Virus record (IMG/VR): IMGVR_UViG_3300040985_001232
Location: 1-27,867 of that record
Length of the DNA stretch: 27,867 nucleotides
Reading direction: 5' to 3' (one strand)
DNA from: a virus
Taxonomy: Duplodnaviria; Caudoviricetes
The notes below the pieces were generated by a model, which saw only the letters and a list, made by a program, of their open reading frames with translations, ran no database searches and was not told the origin of the DNA. Positions 10,236-19,009 of this stretch are shown piece by piece (positions within the stretch are counted from its first letter, which is position 1; the number at the start of each line of letters is the position of its first letter). The position numbers were made by a program, and so were the translations under genes.

Positions 10236-10555
10236 TCACATTTTAATTCTACTCCACCTAATACCACATCATCTTTTATTATGCTTAATATACCAATAGG
10301 TCTAACTAATCCACAGTCAATGCTATCTTGATATACTAAGTAGTCATACAAAGATAACTTATCTCTAAACTCATAGTAAGACGAATCATTTTCTGTTACA
10401 AATGAATATAAACATCTGCACTCGTTCTTAAAAGCAGAATCATGTTTAGTAGTAAAACAATCTTCTTCTACTTCTTTTAATTTACTTATCTCATCCTCTT
10501 TTTGACAAGAAGTAAATAATGCTAATAATATTAGTAATTTGATTGTAGTTTTCAT
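10229..10555 (-). CDS. Lipoprotein, probably surface-exposed
   Basis: MKTTIKLLILLALFTS-C lipobox followed by QKEDE; Cys-rich mature part. Confidence 0.7.
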   Translation of the reverse strand: MKTTIKLLILLALFTSCQKEDEISKLKEVEEDCFTTKHDSAFKNECRCLYSFVTENDSSYYEFRDKLSLYDYLVYQDSIDCGLVRPIGILSIIKDDVVLGGVELKCDC

Positions 10556-10845
10556 CGGTTCATAGTTTTGTTTACAATATAGTTAAACCCTGATAAACAG
10601 AATATCCAAATAGGATAATAAATTAATGCAGTAGGGTTAAATAGTACAAAGCTAATAGTTCCATATAATGAAGCCATGCAGGGGGTACAATCTATTAGTA
10701 CTTTGGCTATCTTATTATAATTAACGTGTCCTAGTAGTATTTTGTTGTCTATCCATTTAGAAATAAACTCGAAGATCATACCATGTCTAGTAGTTGCATG
10801 AATACCGTAAATGAATAGTGAGGTTATTAGAAATGTTTGTATCAT
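10552..10845 (-). CDS. Small membrane protein with CxxC (DUF1360-like, possible holin)
   Basis: 97 aa, 2-3 hydrophobic segments, 'IDCTPCMASLYG'. Confidence 0.5.
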   Translation of the reverse strand: MIQTFLITSLFIYGIHATTRHGMIFEFISKWIDNKILLGHVNYNKIAKVLIDCTPCMASLYGTISFVLFNPTALIYYPIWIFCLSGFNYIVNKTMNR

Positions 10846-11012
10846 AGTTTTGGTTTGTTTCTTTTTCTAAATCGTTTATTCATCTTCCTTTTGACATACT
10901 TAGTCACACCCCTGACATTCTTTATATAGCAATAGATTTTTCTTCCTACTTTAGAGGTAACATCAACTTCAAATCCATCAATAGGAAATTCTTTCTTTCC
11001 GTTGTCTGCCAT
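10842..11012 (-). CDS. Small basic hypothetical protein (56 aa)
   Basis: Manual translation MADNGKKEFPIDGFEVDVTSKVGRKIYCYIKNVRGVTKYVKRKMNKRFRKRNKPKL; fills the gap, with ATGA overlap to the next gene. Confidence 0.65.
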   Translation of the reverse strand: MADNGKKEFPIDGFEVDVTSKVGRKIYCYIKNVRGVTKYVKRKMNKRFRKRNKPKL

Positions 11013-11025
11013 AATAATAGTTATG

Positions 11026-11033
11026 CAAATATA
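11026..11033 (-). promoter_or_regulatory. Bacteroidota-type -7 promoter box (TATATTTG)
   Basis: Exact TAnnTTTG immediately after the terL stop, 14 nt before ATG 11012; no clear -33 box. Confidence 0.45.
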
Positions 11034-12293
11034 CTAATTCTTAGTTAAATTCTTAGGGTTTTTAATCAATTCTGGAAATTCTATATCTATGGCATATCTA
11101 AAACCGTCAAGAAAATCGTTAGCGTTCTTCTTTCTGTCTTTAACTAGAATCCCTTTATCATCTACAGTAGCATAAGCACAGTCATTAATTAACTCTGTTT
11201 GTGATGGGTCTATATTAATTGTCTTATGTTGTAGTGCTGAATTACACAATACCCTAGATTCAATTAATCCTAAATTCATTGATCGTAACCTTATTTGTTG
11301 GTCTTTTAGTTTAAGCTCCTGTTTAATTATCCTCCAGTATGACGTTTTTCCTCTAGCAGTGCCCGTTCTATTCTTACCACTTGCATCACCTGTAACTATA
11401 AAAAAGTGATTAGGATATTTAGCTTTTATATGATCGCACACCTGGTAAATATCTGAATTGTTTAGTCTTACCTTATCTATTACGTTTATAGTGTTTCTAT
11501 TTGGTGTTTGATATACACTAACTGCAAACGGTTCTAAGTTAAAATCAAAGGCTAATTTAACTGGATAGTTTTCATCAAATTTACATTGCTTAACGTGTGT
11601 TTCTTTACTAAATGAATATAGAAATTTATTAGATGTGTCTACTATACCCCACTCACCCAAACAATAGATTTGGTAATAGAGTGAATTGGTATGTTTTAAT
11701 CTATTAAGACTATCTATGTATTCATCATCTAAAAATAGATTATCCTTGTATGTGCTATGACATACAGTAGCTTCTTTAGTATCAATTAGCCTACGTTTAA
11801 TCCAGTGGTTTTCATCAATAGGATTGAATGACAATATGAATTGAATATAGTTTTGTTTCTCGCCTCTAACCCTTAAAACTAACTGGTCAAAATCTTCTTC
11901 TTTTAGCTCTGTTGCTTCTTCTACCCAAATAGATGTTATACCCTCAATAGATTTGATTTTTTCAGGTTCGTCTAACCCCTTGCACATTATAACGTTACCA
12001 TTATCAAAGTATAATGTTTTGTCAGTCTTATTTCTATGAACGTGTTTAGATATACCCCACTCATCTATTCGGGAGCAAAGCTCTGCATAAACAGAATCTT
12101 TTAAGGTACTTGCAACCTTACGAATAACTAATATTTTATGTCCTTTTTCTTCGCATATCCTTCTTATTATCTTAGCAGATATAAATACGCTCTTACCACT
12201 ACCAGCTCCACCATGTATGACTAAGAATCTAGATTGATCTTGATAATAAGGTGAATAAATTGGGTTAGTCTGTATCCTTTTTTGCATCCTCAA
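11034..12293 (-). CDS. terL: Terminase large subunit, PBSX/SPP1-like (ATG at 12287 is a plausible start)
   Basis: Walker A GGAGSGKS, 'KGLDEPEKIKSIEG', Walker B 'IWVEEATE', 'SFNP', 'YCLGEWG', RNase H-like 'AFDFN' and 'DFLDGFRY'. Confidence 0.95.
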   Translation of the reverse strand: MRMQKRIQTNPIYSPYYQDQSRFLVIHGGAGSGKSVFISAKIIRRICEEKGHKILVIRKVASTLKDSVYAELCSRIDEWGISKHVHRNKTDKTLYFDNGNVIMCKGLDEPEKIKSIEGITSIWVEEATELKEEDFDQLVLRVRGEKQNYIQFILSFNPIDENHWIKRRLIDTKEATVCHSTYKDNLFLDDEYIDSLNRLKHTNSLYYQIYCLGEWGIVDTSNKFLYSFSKETHVKQCKFDENYPVKLAFDFNLEPFAVSVYQTPNRNTINVIDKVRLNNSDIYQVCDHIKAKYPNHFFIVTGDASGKNRTGTARGKTSYWRIIKQELKLKDQQIRLRSMNLGLIESRVLCNSALQHKTINIDPSQTELINDCAYATVDDKGILVKDRKKNANDFLDGFRYAIDIEFPELIKNPKNLTKN

Positions 12294-12567
12294 ATATTAA
12301 ACTTGAAACGCTTACATCTCCAGAGTGAATTGACTCTACTCTCGCTTGCTTTGGTTTAAAGTATTCAAGGGTTTTTAAATACAATTCTGCTGCATCCATC
12401 TTTTTAACATTATCCCCTTGCCATAGTTCATCCATGAATTGATTAAAACTTTCAGCGTGTTTACCCGTTATTGACTCGCCTATTGCTTCCCATTGCTCAG
12501 TCTTTTTGCCTTTAGACCCTTTAGGCTTTCCGTTTGGGTTTCCGCTTTGTCCTTTTTTAAATGGCAT
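12265..12567 (-). CDS. terS: Terminase small subunit
   Basis: 'MPFKKGQSGNPNGKPKG' N-terminal motif; overlaps the terL start. Confidence 0.75.
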   Translation of the reverse strand: MPFKKGQSGNPNGKPKGSKGKKTEQWEAIGESITGKHAESFNQFMDELWQGDNVKKMDAAELYLKTLEYFKPKQARVESIHSGDVSVSSLIFEDAKKDTD

Positions 12568-12606
12568 TGTTTTATATTGATACTTACAATAGCGTAAATT
12601 CGCTAA

Positions 12607-12696
12607 TTATCTTAAACCTTTTTTAATATACTCTATAAACTTATCGACTAAGTAAATAGTAATAAATGCTAATATTAATGTTATTACGTAACTCAT
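12607..12696 (-). CDS. 29-aa single-TM peptide
   Basis: MSYVITLILAFITIYLVDKFIEYIKKGLR; ATGA overlap with the upstream ORF. Confidence 0.45.
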   Translation of the reverse strand: MSYVITLILAFITIYLVDKFIEYIKKGLR

Positions 12697-12863
12697 AGTA
12701 TTTCTGTTTTATAACAATCTGTACAAGTTTGTCCACACCCTTCAATATAACCTATTCTATTATCTATGTGAGTGCTTCTAGTGTATTGTGTGTCCTTGCT
12801 ACAAATAATACACTTATCTAATATTTCAAAATCTCCGTTTGTTTTTTTTATAGTTTCGTTCAT
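12693..12863 (-). CDS. 56-aa zinc-finger protein
   Basis: Manual translation ...DKCIICSKDTQY...RIGYIEGCGQTCTDCY...; ATGA overlaps at both ends. Confidence 0.7.
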   Translation of the reverse strand: MNETIKKTNGDFEILDKCIICSKDTQYTRSTHIDNRIGYIEGCGQTCTDCYKTEIL

Positions 12864-13123
12864 GTTGTTATTGGTTTATAAGTCCCTAATAAAATATTAT
12901 ACACATCCTTTAATTGCTCTATAGTTTCTATGTTCGGAAATAATATTTTCGTTCCTCTACAATCACATTCTATATCTATATATACAGATATTTCATTGTT
13001 TTCACTTATAGAACATTCTAAATTTTGATAATTTAATATTCTCTTTGAATACCCTACAAAGCTAAGATCAGGGTCTTTTACATATCCGTTTTCTAATAAA
13101 GACTCTTTAGTTATTTTAGTCAT
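12860..13123 (-). CDS. Hypothetical protein
   Basis: 87 aa ORF with ATGA overlaps at both ends. Confidence 0.65.
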   Translation of the reverse strand: MTKITKESLLENGYVKDPDLSFVGYSKRILNYQNLECSISENNEISVYIDIECDCRGTKILFPNIETIEQLKDVYNILLGTYKPITT

Positions 13124-14016
13124 GCTTTCACTGGTTTATAGTTCCCGTTTAATACATTTCTTTGTACTACATCTGAGGGTACAGAATCGACATCAACAGC
13201 AAGCCACTGATGCCCACAATTATAACCACCACGATTAATAAAAATGCTAGAGGAATCTGTCCCAGGTATTTTACCAGCCCATTCTTCATTAGCTGTTTCT
13301 TCCACTTCGTTTTTATGAAAGTAACGACCCTCTGCCACTCTGTTAATACAATACTTTCTTGATGTTTCTTTAACTGCTCCATTATAGAAATAAAACTGTA
13401 ATCCTAAGTCTTTACTAACCGCTTGATTATAGTTAGCGTTGAATTGATTTAGCGAATCAGTCGTTATCTGTTTAGTGTAACGCTCTAATTTACCTAATTT
13501 TTCTGAATTTCCTAGTATATCTAGTCTTAAACTTTCCGTTAAGTCTGTAAAATTACCGCCCGTTGTTATATTCTTCTCCAATAATCTTTGTACTGGTTGT
13601 ATTATCTCATTAGTTATTCCTGTTTCTGTTAGGCTATTAGTAGTAGCATCTATACTTAAACTCTTAATGGTGTTAAATACGTTTTTATTGGCATTTAGCG
13701 TCCCAGATGCAATTGCCTTATAGTAAGTGTCATTTATACCTTTAAGCTCGTTAAAACCGTTTAAAAATCGTTTTAAGTCTTTCTTATATTGTGGGGTTAA
13801 TATAGTTTTTTTAATATCCCCTCTTAAAGTTCTTAATATCTTTAGATTTGCATTAGTTGTTAATATATTTCCTTGCTCATCTAATTCTAGATTCTTAATA
13901 GTTTTTAAGATAGTAGACCACATATCTTTACTACGTGTAACTACGTTCTTATTAAACCTATCTTTGAAAAGGTCTATAGTTTCTCTGGTCTGTATAAACG
14001 TATCTTGTTTACCCAT
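13120..14016 (-). CDS. Minor capsid/head morphogenesis protein (MuF/SPP1-gp7-like)
   Basis: 298 aa; helical N-terminus, then 'FYFYNG...SRKYC...RGGYNCGHQW' Cys/His motif. Confidence 0.75.
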   Translation of the reverse strand: MGKQDTFIQTRETIDLFKDRFNKNVVTRSKDMWSTILKTIKNLELDEQGNILTTNANLKILRTLRGDIKKTILTPQYKKDLKRFLNGFNELKGINDTYYKAIASGTLNANKNVFNTIKSLSIDATTNSLTETGITNEIIQPVQRLLEKNITTGGNFTDLTESLRLDILGNSEKLGKLERYTKQITTDSLNQFNANYNQAVSKDLGLQFYFYNGAVKETSRKYCINRVAEGRYFHKNEVEETANEEWAGKIPGTDSSSIFINRGGYNCGHQWLAVDVDSVPSDVVQRNVLNGNYKPVKA

Positions 14017-14249
14017 TATATATCTTCTCCATAATAATTACCTTGACTATCTTGAAAATCATCTGGGTATGATTCATTGAATAAATATGGTTTAATTCCT
14101 GTATATGTTAGGCTCTTAGGCTTAAAACAAAATACCTCTTTATAGTCTTTATACAAATACCAACTCCATGTATTCATAAATGAGCTTTTCCATGCTACCC
14201 ATCCGTTTTTAATTACTTTCATATTGCGTTTTAATTTGGTTGCATTCAT
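14016..14249 (-). CDS. Hypothetical aromatic-rich protein (start may be ATG 14222)
   Basis: ORF fills the gap; stop overlaps the next start. Confidence 0.5.
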   Translation of the reverse strand: MNATKLKRNMKVIKNGWVAWKSSFMNTWSWYLYKDYKEVFCFKPKSLTYTGIKPYLFNESYPDDFQDSQGNYYGEDI

Positions 14250-14775
14250 CTTTTGTTAAGTGTTTATCTATAGCATGATAACCCACTGTTCCAAGTTTAA
14301 ATTCTGTTTCAACGCTAAATTTAGAGCAAACATCAAAAGGGGCTACATTATGTAGTTTGTTGCTGAAGAATACATCTTCATTACCATATCTACTATTCCA
14401 ATGTGTATGGCTTAATAACATTCTATGAGCATTTACATCTCTAATACTTAACCCTCCGTTTCCTCCAGCTCTGTCTTTTCTTGCCCAAGGAGCAGATTTT
14501 TTCCAAGGCGCACCTACATAATCATATTTAAGCATACTTTCAGGTATTTCTTTTAACAACATAGAATCATGCTGAAAAATTAAAACCTTATCATAGTCTA
14601 ATTCAGACCAAAATTTATAATCCGTTAGTATTTTATTATAGTCGTTCCCGTCATTGATTTTATGCTCACTAAACCATAAAAGATTCCAACCTGGCAAAAA
14701 AGCCATGTGCAAATTAATTATTTCAGATGTATTTGGTGTTACCCTGTTATCTACTATTAACGCTGCTTTTCTCAT
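14209..14775 (-). CDS. DUF5672-like putative glycosyltransferase
   Basis: 'VLIFQHDS', 'YDYVGAPW', 'GGNGGLSIR', 'NEDVFF' motifs. Confidence 0.8.
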   Translation of the reverse strand: MRKAALIVDNRVTPNTSEIINLHMAFLPGWNLLWFSEHKINDGNDYNKILTDYKFWSELDYDKVLIFQHDSMLLKEIPESMLKYDYVGAPWKKSAPWARKDRAGGNGGLSIRDVNAHRMLLSHTHWNSRYGNEDVFFSNKLHNVAPFDVCSKFSVETEFKLGTVGYHAIDKHLTKDECNQIKTQYESN

Positions 14776-15122
14776 TCCCCTGTTCTGTTAAGCCCTGCTA
14801 ATAATCTTCTACCAACTAATAATTCTCTTTGATTTAAGAACTTTGATCTTATTATAGATTCATGCTTTAGTAATTCTAATTCATAGGTGTATAACTGATA
14901 CTCTGTGAATTTAAAAATAGAATCAATAAACCCTAAGTACTTAGTTATTCTAAAAGAAGCTGATTCCATGTATATACTTTTCTTTAAATCTTCTATAATG
15001 CTTTTAGGTAATTTACATAGTATATTATCATCTAATAATATTTTTAAATATTCTGAATACATAGCCATGTAATCAACCTTTTCAGCTAGTTCTAATACTT
15101 CTCTTTGTTTTTCTCTGTTCAT
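14772..15122 (-). CDS. Hypothetical protein
   Basis: 116 aa; AAACTATG start context; ATGA overlap. Confidence 0.6.
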   Translation of the reverse strand: MNREKQREVLELAEKVDYMAMYSEYLKILLDDNILCKLPKSIIEDLKKSIYMESASFRITKYLGFIDSIFKFTEYQLYTYELELLKHESIIRSKFLNQRELLVGRRLLAGLNRTGE

Positions 15123-15144
15123 AGTTTATTTGTTTTAGTTTAAT

Positions 15145-15720
15145 TTATCCACAATTTACACATCTTTTTACTCTTGGACTACCTTTTACCCAAATACCTA
15201 AACCACAATCACTTTCTTCATGGTCAAATATTTCAGTAGGTCTACCCATTACACTAATAGCTTCATCTCTTACCGTTTCTTTACAATCCCAATGAAGGAA
15301 ATCATGAACAGCTACTACTTTAAATGCTTTTGTTTCGCTTAAAACCCTTTTAGTAAATCCTGTAGTATGCGCTCCATCCTCATATAACATATCACAAGTT
15401 TTATCCTTTAATTCAAAGTAATCTTGATGATGAAATTTAATGTATTTTTTTAACTCTTTAGGAAATGGCTTGTGTATATCTTCTGTATCATAGCAATGTA
15501 CTACACCAAAACCATTATCTTTTAATGCTGTTGCTATGTGTACAGTAGAACACCCATATCTAGTTCCTACCTCTATAACTTTTTTGGGTTTATGTTCTCT
15601 TACTAAGTCGTAAAGTCTTTCCCCTTCACTAGCAAATAAAGAACCTACATTCCATTTTCTTTTACCTTCTGGTATATTAGGATTCCAACCGCCTATATTA
15701 TTTTTATCTTGGTAGCTCAT
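15145..15720 (-). CDS. Class I SAM-dependent methyltransferase (Methyltransf_24-like, likely O-methyltransferase)
   Basis: 'VIEVGTRYGCST', 'EDGAH', 'VAVHD'. Confidence 0.85.
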   Translation of the reverse strand: MSYQDKNNIGGWNPNIPEGKRKWNVGSLFASEGERLYDLVREHKPKKVIEVGTRYGCSTVHIATALKDNGFGVVHCYDTEDIHKPFPKELKKYIKFHHQDYFELKDKTCDMLYEDGAHTTGFTKRVLSETKAFKVVAVHDFLHWDCKETVRDEAISVMGRPTEIFDHEESDCGLGIWVKGSPRVKRCVNCG

Positions 15721-16451
15721 ACTATTTTTTCTAAGTTATAATAAGGATGGTCTTTTAAGATTTTTGGCAATGTTGTTTTATCAAATGGCTGTGTTTCTAT
15801 CCATACAGTTTCGCTATCTGGATGAAGTACTTTTGTGACTCCTTTTTTGTAATTTAACCATTTATGTTTAAACCACGATTCTTTAATGTCTTTATGACCA
15901 TGACAACTAATCTTGTATTTTGTGATTGCTTCGCTTTGAGCATATCCCATGTGGTATATTTTGCCCTTATGAATGATAGTTGATTCATCTTTGCCTCCTA
16001 CTACATGAAACCTAGTAGGATAAAAACCATCTCTATGACATTCGTTAAATGATCTCCAGAAGTGCCACCAACAATCACCACCTACATTTACATATTTACA
16101 ACCACTTTCAAAAGCTGCTTGTTTAGCTTCTTCTACATCTTCCCATACTTCATCTGCATCAACAGCCATTATTAAATCATAGCCTTTAGCATAATTAAAC
16201 GCCAATTCTCTATGTTTATTTTCTTGTGTAGTGTATGGTATTTCTGCCCATTGGATTTTATTACTAGAATCAAATGCAATCTTTTTTAATTCCTCTCTAG
16301 TGTCAGGGTTTTTCATACCTTTATTCTGACCGTAACTAGGGGTATTAGTATAAAGAATTAATATTTTATCTACATGAGGGTCTATTGATTTAATAGTAGC
16401 CTCTAAGTACTCTTTTCCGTAGTGTAAAGGAATATATGCAAGTGTCTTCAT
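15717..16451 (-). CDS. GT-A fold glycosyltransferase (GT2-like)
   Basis: 'YIPLHYGKEYLEATIKSI', DxD motif 'AVDADE', 'YHMGY'. Confidence 0.8.
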   Translation of the reverse strand: MKTLAYIPLHYGKEYLEATIKSIDPHVDKILILYTNTPSYGQNKGMKNPDTREELKKIAFDSSNKIQWAEIPYTTQENKHRELAFNYAKGYDLIMAVDADEVWEDVEEAKQAAFESGCKYVNVGGDCWWHFWRSFNECHRDGFYPTRFHVVGGKDESTIIHKGKIYHMGYAQSEAITKYKISCHGHKDIKESWFKHKWLNYKKGVTKVLHPDSETVWIETQPFDKTTLPKILKDHPYYNLEKIV

Positions 16452-17374
16452 AGTTCTAATATTTGTCTTACAATGTTTTCATAGCTAAATTCTTTACTTG
16501 CTAATTCACAACCTTGAATAGCTATTGTTTTTCTTTTTTCATCAAGATCATTTAGCCAATATTCACACTTTATTAGCATTTCGCTTATACTCTCAAATGT
16601 CTCCAAGTGCTTACCCACTTCAAAGTCTTTCTCAATACCACTAAATTTATGGCTAAGAACAAACGAACCACTACACAAAGACCTAGAAAGACGGTCAGAA
16701 AAATAGCGCTCATTATTGAAGTGACTAATAGAAATGGAAATTTTACTACTTCGATAAAGTTTAGATTCTTCATATTGACTGTGGTTTAAGTTTCCTGAAT
16801 TAAAATTATTATTCCATCCGTTCCCATACACCTTAAATCTATTTCCAAACTTATGATGTAATGCCGTAGCTGCTTCTCTTCTAAATCTACTTAATGGAAA
16901 TTGATTACCATAATTATTTGCTAAAAAAACTATTTCTGGTGCATCTGTCTTATCTCCATGAGGTGTAAATATATCAATGTCTACTCCTTGTTGCAAGAAA
17001 ATTGCATTAATTCCATATTTTCTAGCTTCTTCTACATCTTCCTCATTAGAAAAACCTGTAATAGATACATAATTAGAAAAATCAATCATCCATCTAGGCA
17101 CTCCCTGTCTTTTATCCCCCGTCCAATTTATTACAGCAACTCCTTTATCTCTTAAAGCTTTTATTTCCTGACCTATAAAATCACAAGTATTTTTACCGTC
17201 TATAGTATCAGATTGAATCTGTAAAAAAATAGTGTCTGGTATATCTTCTAGCTTTTGTAAGTTAGCTTTTAGATGTTTGTCTAAATACATTTCTGAATAC
17301 TCACATTGAGCATCAAAATATTTAGGCATACTTTCAGAGCCTACATTCACACCAATATGTAATAATTTTTTCAT
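16448..17374 (-). CDS. GT-B fold glycosyltransferase (CgeB/Glyco_trans_1_2-like)
   Basis: 'WTGD', 'VYGNGW', 'LYRSSKISISISH...YFSDRL...CSGSFVLS', 'R..IA..G'. Confidence 0.85.
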   Translation of the reverse strand: MKKLLHIGVNVGSESMPKYFDAQCEYSEMYLDKHLKANLQKLEDIPDTIFLQIQSDTIDGKNTCDFIGQEIKALRDKGVAVINWTGDKRQGVPRWMIDFSNYVSITGFSNEEDVEEARKYGINAIFLQQGVDIDIFTPHGDKTDAPEIVFLANNYGNQFPLSRFRREAATALHHKFGNRFKVYGNGWNNNFNSGNLNHSQYEESKLYRSSKISISISHFNNERYFSDRLSRSLCSGSFVLSHKFSGIEKDFEVGKHLETFESISEMLIKCEYWLNDLDEKRKTIAIQGCELASKEFSYENIVRQILEL

Positions 17375-17445
17375 ATATATTCTATGTAATTATAAACGTA
17401 ATCAATTCCTTCATAGTAATAAGTAAAATCACAATCTAAAATCAT
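17371..17445 (-). CDS. 24-aa Tyr-rich mini-ORF
   Basis: MILDCDFTYYYEGIDYVYNYIEYI; ATGA overlaps with both flanking glycosyltransferase genes. Confidence 0.5.
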   Translation of the reverse strand: MILDCDFTYYYEGIDYVYNYIEYI

Positions 17446-18092
17446 ATTCTAAATCTATTTTTTTTAATTGATTGCCCTCCAGGAAACACCCACTTATAAG
17501 GAGGTGGTACTTTTCCGTTAGGATAGTTATTAGGAATATTATAATTCCTTTCAGATTCCTTATGTTTGTGAATACATTGTATTATATCACTAGGGTTTTT
17601 CACATCGTAACCAGTTTTAATAAGCTCATGTGCTATTCTATTATCACAACCAGGAACTCCTAAATGAAACCAACCATCTACATTCCTTGCAGCTCCATTA
17701 ATAACCCATACATCTTGTGAATGTCTTGCTTTAGCTTCTTTATTGTATGAATGTTTAGATTCAAATGATACTATTATTTCTTGTTTCTTGCCTCTAAATT
17801 CATTTATATCTAATTCCCATCTAGTCAAAGCATAACATTCATTTTGTTTTATTTTTAAACACTCTAAAATAGATTCATTAAAATAAATATCAGAATTAGT
17901 CAAAATATTTATATCATTAGGGTATTCTCTTGTAGCCTTAAAAAAATCATTGTAAGTTGGTCTTTCTGAAAAGTTAATTATCTCATTAAAGTATCCACAT
18001 TCGCTATGATGCTTTTTGCAAAATTCTAATTCCTTTTGACGCTCTTTGTCTTTTGAATCATAATAACTAACAAATAGGTTTATCTTCTGCAT
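17442..18092 (-). CDS. GT-A-like glycosyltransferase
   Basis: 'RPTYNDFF', 'ILTNSDIYF', 'ALTRW', 'SQDVW', 'LGVPGCDNRIA', 'H.H'. Confidence 0.7.
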   Translation of the reverse strand: MQKINLFVSYYDSKDKERQKELEFCKKHHSECGYFNEIINFSERPTYNDFFKATREYPNDINILTNSDIYFNESILECLKIKQNECYALTRWELDINEFRGKKQEIIVSFESKHSYNKEAKARHSQDVWVINGAARNVDGWFHLGVPGCDNRIAHELIKTGYDVKNPSDIIQCIHKHKESERNYNIPNNYPNGKVPPPYKWVFPGGQSIKKNRFRI

Positions 18093-18709
18093 TCTGTGGT
18101 TTCTCTGTTATAGTCGTAAAAATAAAGGTAATCCGTTAAGTTAACTTCGTCTTTATCTGTGTATGTCATAGCCATCGATTTTGCCCATGAATGATCCTCT
18201 CCTAAGTTTTTATGCTCAAATTTTGGAATGAATATATTATCTTTCTTCCAAATACATAAATGGTCTGGTAGCATTACTTTCCATCTCTGACCGTTTTCAT
18301 CCTTCTTAAAATTACGACCATAATTAACGCTATACTTAAAATCTAAATCTCTTTTTCCGTCAGTTGTCTGTTCTCCTTGAAAGGTTATTACCTTTTTATC
18401 CCCATTTTCTTTAATAGCATTTAATATAGTATCTACATAAGTTGCGGAAACTCTATCATCATCATCAACAAAACAAAACCATTCACCTTTAGCAGAATTT
18501 AAAAGCAGATTCCTTTTTTCTCCTGTGGTCATAGATTTATTATCTCCTACCCAAAGTAATTGAACTGGTTTAGATTGTACTTGATAATTCAATTCCATTA
18601 TAAGTTTTTTAAGCTTATCTATCCTGGAATATAAGGTGGGTATTAGAATTGTTAGTTTGTAATTAGGCATTAAATTGGCTCTAATTTTATAATTAGTTGG
18701 TTTTCTCAT
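18080..18709 (-). CDS. GT2 family glycosyltransferase (true start probably ATG 18670, MPNYKLTILIP)
   Basis: 'LTILIPT', 'GEKRNLLL..AKGEW.CFVDDDD', 'GED..W'. Confidence 0.85.
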   Translation of the reverse strand: MRKPTNYKIRANLMPNYKLTILIPTLYSRIDKLKKLIMELNYQVQSKPVQLLWVGDNKSMTTGEKRNLLLNSAKGEWFCFVDDDDRVSATYVDTILNAIKENGDKKVITFQGEQTTDGKRDLDFKYSVNYGRNFKKDENGQRWKVMLPDHLCIWKKDNIFIPKFEHKNLGEDHSWAKSMAMTYTDKDEVNLTDYLYFYDYNRETTECRR

Positions 18710-18710
18710 A

Positions 18711-18718
18711 CAAATATA
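18711..18718 (-). promoter_or_regulatory. Bacteroidota-type -7 box (TATATTTG) upstream of the glycosylation cluster
   Basis: Exact TAnnTTTG in the intergenic gap; identical to the box at 11026-11033. Confidence 0.45.
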
Positions 18719-18724
18719 ACTTAT

Positions 18725-18943
18725 TTATTTTAAATTATCATGTTTAAATACTATTTGTCCTTCTTGATTAGCTATCTCTAACCACTTTTTATGTAATACA
18801 AATACAGTAGCCCATATAAATCTAGCTTCATTTTTAGCTTGTTCTAATGATAAATTAGGGAAGGTATAATGACTTAATATCTTTCCTTTGTTTGAGCATA
18901 GTTTAATATGATATCTATTGTTGTTGTTTTTAAAGTGATGCAC
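18725..18943 (-). CDS. Hypothetical protein (GTG start)
   Basis: 72 aa ORF filling the gap; preceded by TAAATTTG at 18979-18972. Confidence 0.5.
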   Translation of the reverse strand: MHHFKNNNNRYHIKLCSNKGKILSHYTFPNLSLEQAKNEARFIWATVFVLHKKWLEIANQEGQIVFKHDNLK

Positions 18944-19009
18944 TTTGCTTTATTTTAAATAAAATAGGTATCAAATTTAGTATTACGTATAGCCAATTGT
19001 TATCAGTAA

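Noticed and set aside
10229-10845. Complete lysis cassette (holin/endolysin/spanin)
   Set aside because: No endolysin or i-spanin recognised; the holin call is tentative.
14772-14840. 'QRELL' peptide shared with the cassette gene at 20391..20582
   Set aside because: No AAC/GTT core or inverted arms at the DNA level; probably coincidence.
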